In this document: positions 8,776-17,868 of the stretch, piece after piece
Position numbering within the stretch: position 1 is the first letter of the stretch
Layout of the letters: every line of letters begins with the position of its first letter
The notes under the pieces: generated by a model
The model's database searches: none
What the model was told of the DNA's origin: nothing
What the model saw: the letters and a program-made list of their open reading frames with translations, nothing else
Translations under genes and position numbers: made by a program
Source of the DNA: Spartobacteria bacterium
Lineage (GTDB): Bacteria; Verrucomicrobiota; Verrucomicrobiia; Chthoniobacterales; UBA6821
Assembly (NCBI GenBank): GCA_947482345.1
Contig: CANKJN010000006.1
Coordinates: forward strand, 1 to 54,945
Length of the DNA stretch: 54,945 nucleotides
Direction: 5' to 3'

Positions 8776-9278
8776 GGTTTTGTTCTGGAACTCATTGCAA
8801 TCCTCCTTCTTCTTCGTGGCTTCGTGCCTTCGTGTGAGTTTCCTGATTCAGTCTGAGTCGCGAGTTTTCAAATGACTGCGGCCCATTGAGGATGCGTTTG
8901 CAGCCGTCTTTGAAGGTGGATGCCCCGAAATTGATGAGAAGTCCCAACGGGAGACCGAGCAGACGAAGGTAGGTGAGAACTTGTTTGGAATGGACTGGAA
9001 GCAGATTCTCAACCGACTTCAGTTCGATCAAAAGTCGGTCTTCGACGATGATGTCGGCACGAAACCCTTCTTCAAAAGTCATTCCCATGAGCCGAATCGG
9101 CACGGGCACCTGCCGTTTCACAGTCAGACCTTGATCGGCAAGCATCTTTGCCAGAACCACCTCATAAACCGTTTCCAGTAAACCCGGCCCAGCCTCAACA
9201 TGCAGCTTGTAGCCACAGTCCACCACAATAGCGGATAACTCTTCCACATCCCTTCGCGCCTTCGTGTCTTCGTGTGAG
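8590..9278. repeat. Five 28-bp arms of 9-nt periodic repeat (CACGAAGRC family) in both orientations
   Basis: 8590-8617 and 8748-8775 (ctcacacgaagacacgaaggcacgaagg); inverted copies 8653-8680, 8811-8838, 9251-9278. Confidence 0.92.
8634..8795 (-). pseudogene. 53-aa duplicated hsdS N-terminal stub
   Basis: MSSRTKPLRAFVSSCETQKEEATPALVPKLWFPEFRGKSHAKPRSREEEEGMS; ATGA overlaps with GxxExxY stop and with hsdS start; absent from the ORF track. Confidence 0.75.
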
Positions 9279-9283
9279 TTCAA
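8792..9283 (-). CDS. GxxExxY protein (PD-(D/E)XK nuclease-like, TIGR04256)
   Basis: GPGLLETVY motif, RADIIVEDRLLIELKS, QVLTYLRL...GLLINFG; both termini encoded by repeat arms; TTG start overlaps hsdR stop. Confidence 0.93.
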   Translation of the reverse strand: MNSHEDTKARRDVEELSAIVVDCGYKLHVEAGPGLLETVYEVVLAKMLADQGLTVKRQVPVPIRLMGMTFEEGFRADIIVEDRLLIELKSVENLLPVHSKQVLTYLRLLGLPLGLLINFGASTFKDGCKRILNGPQSFENSRLRLNQETHTKARSHEEEGGLQ

Positions 9284-12200
9284 GATTCGTAAGCGCTGAG
9301 TCCGGAAATGTCGCGGCCACCGGCGCGTTTGGTGAGGAGGGGGTGGAGATCGGCCATGAGGGCGAGTTCGGCCTGGGTGCGGGCTTTCCAGGCGAGGTCG
9401 AGCGGCTCCAAAAGTTGGGTGAGCTGCTCTCCATCAAAGATCATGCGGTCAAGGATGCCCTCCACGAAGGCCTGCAAGGCGGCCGTGCCCAATCCGTGCT
9501 TACTGGCGATGGAGGCGAGTTCCTTAGCGTTCTTCTCTGCCTTGAAACGGGTGTAGCCGTCGCGGATGGCGGTTTCGCTGAGACCTTCGCCCGCCTGGAG
9601 CGTGCCGATGTATTCGGCGATGTCGTCGCGCTCGTTCATGAACTTGGCATCGGCGCTGATGAGGCCGATGAGTTCCTCGCGGGTCATCTTGGACTTGCCG
9701 GGCTTCTGCTCTGAGAAGCGGGCGATGAGGCCCATGATGTAGTCGTAGTCGATGACGGCGGAGGCAAAGAGGACGAACTCGAAGTCGATCTGATCCACGG
9801 GATCCTCTGAGTCTTGTTTCTCTCCAGTTTTACCCTGCTGCTCTTTGAGCTTCTTAGCGGTCTCCAGATACTGACCTTTGAAACCGCGCAGGTTTTCTTC
9901 CGGCAGTACCTGCGCGATGGCGGATTTGTTCTCCTCGGTGAGGTCGGTGTATTGGTCGAGCTGGGTCTTTAGCCGCTGGACTTCCTTGAAGCGCTCGATG
10001 AAGACGACCTTGGCGGCGTCACCCTTCAGGTTGGGAACGGAGGAAGGTGTGCAGTCGAGTCCCTGGGACTTCATGAAGGCGTCGAGCTTCTGCACCGCAG
10101 TCTCCAGCTTCTGGATAACGACGGGGGCCTTCTCCACGAGCCAGATTTCCCGTGCCTGCTCACTGGACTTCTCCCCGCTAAAGAGGGCAATGGCGGCATC
10201 CACGGAATCCTGCTGCTGGCGGAAGTCGAGGATGTTCCCGTAGGGCTTAGTGCCATTGAGCACGCGGTTGGTACGCGAGAACGCCTGAATCAAGCCGTGG
10301 TGCCGCAGGTTCTTGTCCACGTAGAGCGTGTTCAGGAACTTGGAATCAAAGCCGGTGAGCAACATGTCCACGACGATGGTGATGTCGATCTTGTGGGCGT
10401 GCGGGAAATCAGCGTTGGGCCACTGCTGGTCTTTGATGCGCTTCTGCACATCCTGATAGTAGAGGTCGAACTCGCCGATGCGGTGATTGGTGCCGTAGCG
10501 GACGTTGTAATCGGCAAGGATTACCTTGAGCGCGGCTTTCTTCCCCTCGGGGTCCACCTCATTGTCTGCCTGCTCCTGCGGCAGATCTTCCTGAATCTGC
10601 TTCACATCGGGATTCCCCTCGGCGGGCGGGGAGAAGACGCAGGCGATATTCAGCGGCTTGAACCCGGGATCAGCGGCCTGTTGCTCTTGTTCACGTTGGG
10701 CCTGCATGGTCTTGAACAGAGCATGGTATTCGATGGCGTCGTTGATGGATGAGGTGGCGAGGATGGCATTGAAGCGGCGTCCACCGGTGGCGGCGTCGTG
10801 CTTGGAGAGGATCGCCTCGATGACGGCTTTCTTCGCGATGGCCTCGCCGGGCTTGGGCGGGTTTTTTCCCTCGGGCTTGAAGTAATCGATATGGAAGCGC
10901 AGGACGTTTGCGTCTTCGATGGCGTGGGTGATGGTGTAGGCGTGGAGCTGCTTCTGGAAGAGGTCCGCCGTGGTGCGCATGGAGGCCTGCTCGTCCTCGA
11001 TCTTATGAAGGGAGGCATTGGCATCAAAGATGGGTGTGCCGGTGAAGCCGAAGAGCTGAGCCTTAGGGAAGAACTCTTTGATCGCCTTGTGGTTCTCCCC
11101 GAACTGCGAGCGGTGGCACTCATCGAAGATGAAGACGATGCGTTTGTCGCTGAGCGAAGCCAACATCTCCTTGTAGGTGGGCTGGTCGTTCTTCTTCCGC
11201 TGCTGGTTGCGCTTGCTGCTCTCATCCAGCGCGAGGCCGAGCTTCTGGATGGTGGTGACGATGACTTTGTCCGCGTAGTCCTCAGACAGGAGGCGACGGA
11301 CGAGGGCGGCGGTGTTGGTATTCTCCTCGACGCAGCCCTCCTGGAAGCGGTTGAACTCCTCGCGCGTCTGGCGGTCGAGGTCCTTGCGATCCACGACGAA
11401 GACGCATTTGTGGATGTGGTCGTTCTCCTTGAGCAGGGTGGAGGCCTTGAAGGAGGTGAGTGTTTTGCCGCTGCCGGTGGTGTGCCAGATGAAGCCGTTG
11501 CCGTTGTCCTCGTCGATGCACTTCACCAGGTGCTGTACGGCATAGACCTGATAGGGCCGCATGATCATGAGCTTCTGCTCTCCGGCGAGCAGCACCATGT
11601 AGCGGCTGATGGTCCTGCCGAGGTCGCACTTCTTCAGGAAGCACGCCGCGAACTCGTCGAGGTGGGTGATCTTGTGGTTGTCCTCGGCGGCGAACTCGTA
11701 GATGGGCAGGAAGCGCTCGTCGGCATTGAAGGCAAAGTGGCGGGCGTTGTTGTTAGCGAAGTAGTAGGTGCGGTCGCGGTTGCTGACGATGAAGAGCTGC
11801 ATGAAGCAGAGCAGCGTCTTCGCGTAGCCGTTGCCGGGGTCATTCTTGTAGTCGACGATCTGCTCCATGGCCCGGCGGGGATTCACCCCAAGGGTCTTGA
11901 GCTCGATCTGGACACAGGGTACGCCGTTGATGAGTAGGATCACATCATAACGATGGTGGCTGTAGTCGGTATTGATACGGAGCTGGTGGACGACCTCGAA
12001 GTGGTTTTTGCACCAGTCCTTGAGGTTCACCAGGGAGTAGTTCAGCGGCGTGCCATCGTCGCGAGTGAAGCTATTGATACTGCGCAGGGTCTTGGATGCA
12101 GTGAAGACATCCGATGCAACGATCTCATCGAGCAGGCGGGCAAACTCTGCATCGGTGAGAGTGACGCGATTCAGGGCCTCGAACTTCTCGCGGAAGTTAC

Positions 12201-12351
12201 GCTCCAGCGAGGCCCTGTCTTGAATATCGGACCGGTATTCATATTTCAGGCTCCGGAGTTTTTCGATGAAGGAGTCCTCAATATCTCCCTCGCGGACAAC
12301 AGCTCTTTGCGATGGAGCAGAGAGCCCGTCTGGATAGGTGGAGGAAGTCAT
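9280..12351 (-). CDS. hsdR: Type I restriction endonuclease subunit R
   Basis: RYDVILLING..VQIELK nuclease motif, WHTTGSGKT, DECHRS, FTGTP, MLLTGFD, QAFSRTNR. Confidence 0.97.
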   Translation of the reverse strand: MTSSTYPDGLSAPSQRAVVREGDIEDSFIEKLRSLKYEYRSDIQDRASLERNFREKFEALNRVTLTDAEFARLLDEIVASDVFTASKTLRSINSFTRDDGTPLNYSLVNLKDWCKNHFEVVHQLRINTDYSHHRYDVILLINGVPCVQIELKTLGVNPRRAMEQIVDYKNDPGNGYAKTLLCFMQLFIVSNRDRTYYFANNNARHFAFNADERFLPIYEFAAEDNHKITHLDEFAACFLKKCDLGRTISRYMVLLAGEQKLMIMRPYQVYAVQHLVKCIDEDNGNGFIWHTTGSGKTLTSFKASTLLKENDHIHKCVFVVDRKDLDRQTREEFNRFQEGCVEENTNTAALVRRLLSEDYADKVIVTTIQKLGLALDESSKRNQQRKKNDQPTYKEMLASLSDKRIVFIFDECHRSQFGENHKAIKEFFPKAQLFGFTGTPIFDANASLHKIEDEQASMRTTADLFQKQLHAYTITHAIEDANVLRFHIDYFKPEGKNPPKPGEAIAKKAVIEAILSKHDAATGGRRFNAILATSSINDAIEYHALFKTMQAQREQEQQAADPGFKPLNIACVFSPPAEGNPDVKQIQEDLPQEQADNEVDPEGKKAALKVILADYNVRYGTNHRIGEFDLYYQDVQKRIKDQQWPNADFPHAHKIDITIVVDMLLTGFDSKFLNTLYVDKNLRHHGLIQAFSRTNRVLNGTKPYGNILDFRQQQDSVDAAIALFSGEKSSEQAREIWLVEKAPVVIQKLETAVQKLDAFMKSQGLDCTPSSVPNLKGDAAKVVFIERFKEVQRLKTQLDQYTDLTEENKSAIAQVLPEENLRGFKGQYLETAKKLKEQQGKTGEKQDSEDPVDQIDFEFVLFASAVIDYDYIMGLIARFSEQKPGKSKMTREELIGLISADAKFMNERDDIAEYIGTLQAGEGLSETAIRDGYTRFKAEKNAKELASIASKHGLGTAALQAFVEGILDRMIFDGEQLTQLLEPLDLAWKARTQAELALMADLHPLLTKRAGGRDISGLSAYES

Positions 12352-12631
12352 TGTGATATTGTTATGGGCTTTCCCGGAGGGCTCCCTATGCGAACGAAGA
12401 GCTTCGGAAAGAGATGGGCACCATAAAATATGATCACAGTTATCGTTTAGGAGACGTTTTGACGAGAAGGTTTACCTTGAGACTGATCTTTGAAAAGACG
12501 AATGACCACACCCAGCACGAAGCTCGCCACGTCGGTCGGCCTCTGGAGTTCGGCTTCTGGATTTTCATGATGGATTTTCTTCGGGCTAGCGGTGCAGGGT
12601 AGACATCAGCCATCCCAAGTCCCCTTGATCC

Positions 12632-13057
12632 ATGACAACCCAAGACATCCGCTGGATTCAACGTTTCCAGAATTACCGGAAGGCTCTTGCCCAGTTGAAT
12701 GAGGCGCTTGACCTCTCGAAAAAGAGGGAGCTTTCTCCCTTGGAAACGCAGGGGCTGATTCATTCCTTCGAATACACCCATGAACTGGCCTGGAACACGC
12801 TGAAGGATTTCCTTGAGTCGAAGGGTGTTTCCAATCTCTACGGCTCCCGTGACACGACTCGAGAGGCATTTGCTGCAGGTTTGTTGGCTGAGGGTGATGT
12901 CTGGATGCAAATGATCCAGAGCCGCAATCAGACGACCCACACCTACAACGAGGAAACGATGGAGCAGATCGCCGCCGCCATCACGGGAAATTATGCGAAG
13001 GAGTTTTCAAAGCTACAAGCACGGCTTGGGGAACTGGAGGCTGGGGAAAACCACTGA
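12632..13057 (+). CDS. Nucleotidyltransferase substrate-binding protein, HI0074/HEPN family
   Basis: DIRWIQRFQNY...GLIHSFEYTHELAWNTLKDFL and HEPN motif RNQTTH. Confidence 0.92.
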   Translation: MTTQDIRWIQRFQNYRKALAQLNEALDLSKKRELSPLETQGLIHSFEYTHELAWNTLKDFLESKGVSNLYGSRDTTREAFAAGLLAEGDVWMQMIQSRNQTTHTYNEETMEQIAAAITGNYAKEFSKLQARLGELEAGENH

Positions 13058-13371
13058 TGAACTGGGGCCTCACCGATGCGGCCGTTGCGGCGATCCGCTC
13101 TGTCTTGGCCCGGCATCCGGAAGTGGAACGGGCCACCCTCTACGGGTCGCGAGCCAAGGGTACTTTCAAGCCCGGCTCTGACATTGATCTGACGCTCATC
13201 GGCCCAGGGTTGACGATGGAAATCCTTGGCCGGATCCAGGCGGAACTGGAGGAAGGATCGCTCCCCTATCATATAGACCTCTCCATCCTCTCCCAGATCT
13301 CACATGCCGAGCTCTTGGATCACATCAATCGGGTTGGTGTGGTTTTTTTTGATCGGCCCGACAGCACTTGA
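13057..13371 (+). CDS. Minimal nucleotidyltransferase (MNT), partner of the HEPN gene
   Basis: LYGSRAKG...SDIDL; TGATG overlap with upstream gene. Confidence 0.92.
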   Translation: MNWGLTDAAVAAIRSVLARHPEVERATLYGSRAKGTFKPGSDIDLTLIGPGLTMEILGRIQAELEEGSLPYHIDLSILSQISHAELLDHINRVGVVFFDRPDST

Positions 13372-13396
13372 ATCAACACTCCATCCACATTTCTGA

Positions 13397-13867
13397 ATGA
13401 ACATCCCCAACAATGACGTCACCTCGACGATACAGCTGGCACTGGCCCCGGTCTTTCTCCTGATGGCGGTGGTCACGCTCTTCAACGCGATCAGCGGCCG
13501 GTTGGCCCGGGTGATCGATAGGATGCGCTTCCTGCACAGGGAGCTCTTTGAGCAGGGAAGCATTCCCGAGCCCCTGGAGGACCATTACCGGATGGAATAT
13601 CCGCAGACCAAGAGGCGCGGACGACTCTGTGCGATCGCCATCTTCTTCGATGTGCTGAGCGGCCTGCTGATTTCCCTGACGGTTCTGGAACTCTTTCTCT
13701 TCCAGACCGGGGCGCCGCCCCATCTGCAGGGGATCTACGTGGTCTCCACCTTTGTCGGGGGACTGATCTGCTTCGTGATCTCCCTCGTGATCGTGCTTTC
13801 GGAGGTTGTTTACGCCTACCTCTCGGCGGCATGGGATCCCCCGATCCACCCCCGGAAAGATTCCTAA
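13397..13867 (+). CDS. DUF2721-family membrane protein
   Basis: IQLALAPVFLL...GRLARVIDRMR and three hydrophobic segments. Confidence 0.8.
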   Translation: MNIPNNDVTSTIQLALAPVFLLMAVVTLFNAISGRLARVIDRMRFLHRELFEQGSIPEPLEDHYRMEYPQTKRRGRLCAIAIFFDVLSGLLISLTVLELFLFQTGAPPHLQGIYVVSTFVGGLICFVISLVIVLSEVVYAYLSAAWDPPIHPRKDS

Positions 13868-13900
13868 GCAACCCCAACATGCCCTTCGAGGAACTTGCCG

Positions 13901-14073
13901 TTAGAGCGTTTTTGATTTGGATGTAGACAAAGGATTTGCGGATGTCATGAGGTGGTGTGCAAGTAGCAAGCGAAGCGGCTGTAGTCTTTGCGCTACAGCC
14001 CAAGCGATGCGACACAGCACAACGCCTCATGCCGCCGCAAAGAATGTCTAGAGATGAAGCAAAACCGCTCTAA
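13901..14073. mobile_element. 173-bp palindromic MITE-like element with TTAGAGCG ends
   Basis: ttagagcgtttttg ... caaaaccgctctaa termini and nested internal stems (tagac/gtcta, tttgcgg/ccgcaaa, catgagg/cctcatg, ggctgtag/ctacagcc). Confidence 0.7.
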
Positions 14074-15391
14074 TAGGAACGGCATAGGATTGCCGACCTG
14101 TCTCTCGCTGGTGACGGCGACGATGGTCGGGACGGGTGTCTACACGACATTGGGTTTCCAGCTTCAGGACCTGAGCAGCGGATTCTCAATCCTCTGCCTC
14201 TGGGTTCTGGGCGGTGTGATCTCGCTCTGCGGGGCTTTATCGTATGCGGAACTGGCTGCCAGGATTCCCCGCTCGGGCGGGGAATACACCTACCTTTCCG
14301 AGATCTACCACCCGGCGCTCGGATTCATGGCGGCATTCGTCTCCCTGATCGCCGGGTTTGCTGCACCGATCGCCCTCTCCGCGATGGCCTTCGGAAGCTA
14401 CCTCCATGCGGCGTTCCCCTTCTGCCCGGTTCATCTCTCCTCATGGATCGTGGTGCTGCTCATCTCCCTCTTCCACCTGCGTTCCCTTCAGGTCAGCTCC
14501 CTGGTGCAGGTGGCGGCCACGGCCCTGAAATTCCTTCTGGTGGCTCTCTTCATTGCGGTGGGTTTCTGGAGCCTCTTCCGGAATGCCGGCGCATGGGCCG
14601 TCCTCACCCCGCACGCACGTTCCGCGGAGGAGCTCCTGCGCCCCTCCTCGGGAATCGCCCTCATCTTCGTGCTCTACGCCTACTCGGGATGGAATGCGGT
14701 GACCTATCTGGCCGGGGAAGTCAGGTCGGGAGGGCGGATCGTCGGCCTCTCGCTGGTCCTGGGAACACTCGCCGTGGCTCTCTTCTACGTCATGCTCAAC
14801 GCCATCTTCCTGACCTCCGCACCCCTATCCGAACTGCGCGGGGTTCTCAATGTCGGCAGCGTCGCGGCGCAACACCTGATCGGCCCATCCGGTGGCCGGA
14901 TTATGTCGGGGATCATTTCCTTCGGACTCCTGGCCTCCATCAGCGCGATGGTCTGGGCCGGGCCGCGGGTAATTCAGCGCGTCGGGGAGGATTACCCGAT
15001 CTTTGCGTGGCTTGCCAGGCGCACGGCCACCGGAATCCCGCGCAGGGCGATCCTGCTGCAACTGCTGCTCGTACTCGGGCTGATCACGGGCGCATCCTTC
15101 GAGACAATCCTTCTCTTTGCCCAGATTCCACTGCTGCTCTGCCTGATCCTCGGCGTCTCCGGCTTGCTCGTTCTGAGGAAGAAGGAAGGCGGGTTATCAC
15201 GGACTCTTGGGAGCCGACCGCAGTTCACATGCCCCCTCTATCCCCTGCCACCCGTTCTCTTCATCCTCTGTTCGGGCGCCGGGCTTCTCTACTCGGCGAT
15301 CAGCAAACCGATGATTGCCCTTTCAGGGATGGTCATCATGCTGCTCCCTCTCACACTTTACCGATGGATCTCCAGGCAAAAGAAATCGTGA
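14054..15391 (+). CDS. APC-family amino acid permease
   Basis: MVGTGVY, GALSYAELAARIPRSGGEYTYL, YAYSGWN; about 12 hydrophobic segments. Confidence 0.93.
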   Translation: MKQNRSNRNGIGLPTCLSLVTATMVGTGVYTTLGFQLQDLSSGFSILCLWVLGGVISLCGALSYAELAARIPRSGGEYTYLSEIYHPALGFMAAFVSLIAGFAAPIALSAMAFGSYLHAAFPFCPVHLSSWIVVLLISLFHLRSLQVSSLVQVAATALKFLLVALFIAVGFWSLFRNAGAWAVLTPHARSAEELLRPSSGIALIFVLYAYSGWNAVTYLAGEVRSGGRIVGLSLVLGTLAVALFYVMLNAIFLTSAPLSELRGVLNVGSVAAQHLIGPSGGRIMSGIISFGLLASISAMVWAGPRVIQRVGEDYPIFAWLARRTATGIPRRAILLQLLLVLGLITGASFETILLFAQIPLLLCLILGVSGLLVLRKKEGGLSRTLGSRPQFTCPLYPLPPVLFILCSGAGLLYSAISKPMIALSGMVIMLLPLTLYRWISRQKKS

Positions 15392-16851
15392 AACGCTCCT
15401 GCGCGATGGCATGTGTCATCGCCGCCGTCTTCTGCCAAGGAATTCAGGCCGCCGATCCGCGCCCTTCCTCGCTTCAGGAGCAGGCGGAATTCCTGGCAGG
15501 CATCCCGCTAGGGAAGGATAGCATCCTCAGCGCCCTCCAGAAATCCCCGGAGTATCGGCAGCACCAGAAAGAACTGCAGGAGCAGTGGGCATTCTGCCGG
15601 AAGGTTCGCTACGGCACCATGCAGCAATGGGCTAGGGATCACCTGGCAAACATCCCCTCCACGCGCGGAGTGCTCCGGTATCTCTTCGGTGGCCCCGACT
15701 TCCTCAACGCCTATGCCTTTTTCCCTGATGCCCACGTCATGGTGTTGGGCGGCCTGGAGCCGGTGGGTGAAGTTCCTCCGCCCGAGGCGCTCGACCCGGC
15801 CTCTCTCGGCGGTGCGCTGAAGGCGCTCGACGAGGCGCTCCACACCTCCCTCTTCTGCGGCTACTTCATCACCAGCGAGATGAAGCCGCAACTCGTGCAG
15901 GGCTCTTTCCGCGGGGTTCTTCCGGTTCTCTACACGGAACTCGCACTGACCGGAAACGTGATCGATTCGGTCACGATGGTGAGGCCCTTCGGATCACCCG
16001 GTGTGCAGATCGTCTACCACCGTCCGGGAGGCCCTCCCCAGATGCTCTATTATTTCCAGGCCGACCTCTCGAACGGCAGGGAGTGCAGGCGCTTTCTCGA
16101 CTGGCTCGCGGATCTCGGACAAGGGGCTTCCTATCTCAAGGCGGCTTCCTACCTGCTGCCGCTTGATTCCTTCTCGGAAACCCGAAATTTCCTGATGAGA
16201 ACCTCTACCCTGATCCTGCAGGATGACTCAGGCCTTCCCTTCAGGAGCTTCCTTCCCGGGGAATGGAAGATCCAGCTCTTCGGGATCTACACCGAGCCCC
16301 TGGAGATCTTCAAGAGGGGAAAAGAGCCGGCGCTGAAGGAAGCCTATGAATCGCCTCTGCGGGTCGGCCCCCTCCCTTTCGGCGCCGGATACCATGTGAG
16401 CGCCAACGATGCCAATCTCCTGCTCGCCCTGCGCTCGGACTCAGGATCGGGTTCGGGCCAACTCCCTTCCGGAGAAATCATTCCGCCCATTCCGCCTATT
16501 CCCCCGATTCAAGCTCCGGCGGCACTTCCCGCGTTCTCCTCACCAACCCCCAAACCCAAGTCCGTTCCGATCCGCAAAGCCCTCCCGGTTCCCGTGAAGA
16601 AGGCGATTGCGGTCCCGACTCCCAGTCCGCCTCGACCGGAACCCATTTCCTCACCGACTTCTCAAGCAGTACCTCCGCAGGAAAGCGCGCGGACCGAGCA
16701 GATACTCATGCCGCCGCAAGAAACGGCAATGCCGGAACCAAGCACCATCCCGGAAAGGGTTGCACCCGAAAGCGTCATGCCGGAGCCCGCTCTGCCATCC
16801 GAGCCGGAATCAACCGTCCCGCTGACGACAAGCGGCAAACCGATCGATTGA
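15388..16851 (+). CDS. Exported conserved hypothetical protein with Pro-rich C-terminal tail
   Basis: GTGA overlap with permease stop, signal-peptide-like start, YLFGGPDFL, KAASYLL, LQDDSGLPF blocks. Confidence 0.75.
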   Translation: MKRSCAMACVIAAVFCQGIQAADPRPSSLQEQAEFLAGIPLGKDSILSALQKSPEYRQHQKELQEQWAFCRKVRYGTMQQWARDHLANIPSTRGVLRYLFGGPDFLNAYAFFPDAHVMVLGGLEPVGEVPPPEALDPASLGGALKALDEALHTSLFCGYFITSEMKPQLVQGSFRGVLPVLYTELALTGNVIDSVTMVRPFGSPGVQIVYHRPGGPPQMLYYFQADLSNGRECRRFLDWLADLGQGASYLKAASYLLPLDSFSETRNFLMRTSTLILQDDSGLPFRSFLPGEWKIQLFGIYTEPLEIFKRGKEPALKEAYESPLRVGPLPFGAGYHVSANDANLLLALRSDSGSGSGQLPSGEIIPPIPPIPPIQAPAALPAFSSPTPKPKSVPIRKALPVPVKKAIAVPTPSPPRPEPISSPTSQAVPPQESARTEQILMPPQETAMPEPSTIPERVAPESVMPEPALPSEPESTVPLTTSGKPID

Positions 16852-16852
16852 T

Positions 16853-17695
16853 TCAGCGAAGCAGGCGATCAGCCGCCGTCACCGCGACAAAAATGGCGCC
16901 GATCAGTGCATTGGTCTCGAAGAAAGCCTTGTTGATTAGGGCCAGGTCGAGCGTGCGGGCGATCCGGTGTTCGTAGAGAAGCAGAAAGGGAACGGGCAGG
17001 AGGCCCGCGAAATAGATCTTCCCAAGATGGGCCGAGAGACCGAATGCGATCAGGCCAATCAGCATCAGCAGATGGAGGAGGCCCGCCAGACGCAGCGCTC
17101 CGGGAACGCCGAGCCAGACCACCATCGAGCGGAGGCCTTCGCGCCGGTCGGCCTCCTCATCCTGAGTGGCGTAGATCATGTCGAATCCCGCCACCCAGCA
17201 GAGAACTCCCGCTGCGAGAATGATCGGCGGCCAGGCAAACGAACCGGTGACGGCAAGCCACGCACCCACAGGCGCCGCCGAGAGGGCCAGTCCCAGGAAA
17301 AACTGCGCCGCATGCGTGAAGCGCTTCGTGAGCGAGTAGAAAAAAACGAGCGCCAGTGCGACCGGAGAGAGCAGGAAACAGATCGGGTTGATGAAGGCCG
17401 CCGAGGCGATGAAGAGCAGGGCGCTCACGAGACAGGTGGTGATGGCCACCGCCCTACCGATGAGTTGGTGACGGCCGGCGGTGCGCGGGTTGCGCTTGTC
17501 GATCTCCCAATCGGCGACACGGTTGAAGGTCATTGCCGCCGTCCGGGCAAAGACCATGCAGAGCAGGATCAACCCGAAGATCCGCCACCCGGGAAACCCG
17601 TCCGCCGCAACGACCATCGCCCCGAGCGCAAAGGGGAGGGCAAAGACCGTGTGCGAAAACCGGATGAAGGTTAGGAAACGGGCGAGGGGAATCAA
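16853..17695 (-). CDS. UbiA-family prenyltransferase (4-hydroxybenzoate/menaquinone polyprenyltransferase-like)
   Basis: IRFSHTVFALPFA, NRVADWEIDKRNPRT, FDMIYATQD. Confidence 0.92.
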   Translation of the reverse strand: MIPLARFLTFIRFSHTVFALPFALGAMVVAADGFPGWRIFGLILLCMVFARTAAMTFNRVADWEIDKRNPRTAGRHQLIGRAVAITTCLVSALLFIASAAFINPICFLLSPVALALVFFYSLTKRFTHAAQFFLGLALSAAPVGAWLAVTGSFAWPPIILAAGVLCWVAGFDMIYATQDEEADRREGLRSMVVWLGVPGALRLAGLLHLLMLIGLIAFGLSAHLGKIYFAGLLPVPFLLLYEHRIARTLDLALINKAFFETNALIGAIFVAVTAADRLLR

Positions 17696-17734
17696 AGGAT
17701 GAGAGCTGAATTATGAAGGATGAAAAAGAGAATG

Positions 17735-17777
17735 AATCTGAAATTGCTTGTCTGCTATCGCATCAGGAAATCAGGAA
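17735..17777. repeat. 43-bp dispersed repeat, copy 1
   Basis: 41/43 identical to 42067-42109. Confidence 0.9.
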
Positions 17778-17868
17778 ATGAATGAGTCCATTAATGGATC
17801 AATTGAATCGGTGCGAAGGTCATGAATGCCTGTTCACTTTCACACTTTTCACTTTTTCACCTTTCACT

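Noticed and set aside
8590-8838. CRISPR array (also 21543-21598)
   Set aside because: Repeats alternate in orientation or are contiguous heptamers, with no regular unique spacers and no cas genes
7315-9283. hsdS shufflon (invertible TRDs)
   Set aside because: No recombinase and no silent TRD copies; the repeats lie upstream of TRD1
14443-15387. N-terminal extension giving an 802-aa ORF
   Set aside because: Overlaps the permease in another frame; GTG 15388 gives a coupled start with a signal peptide
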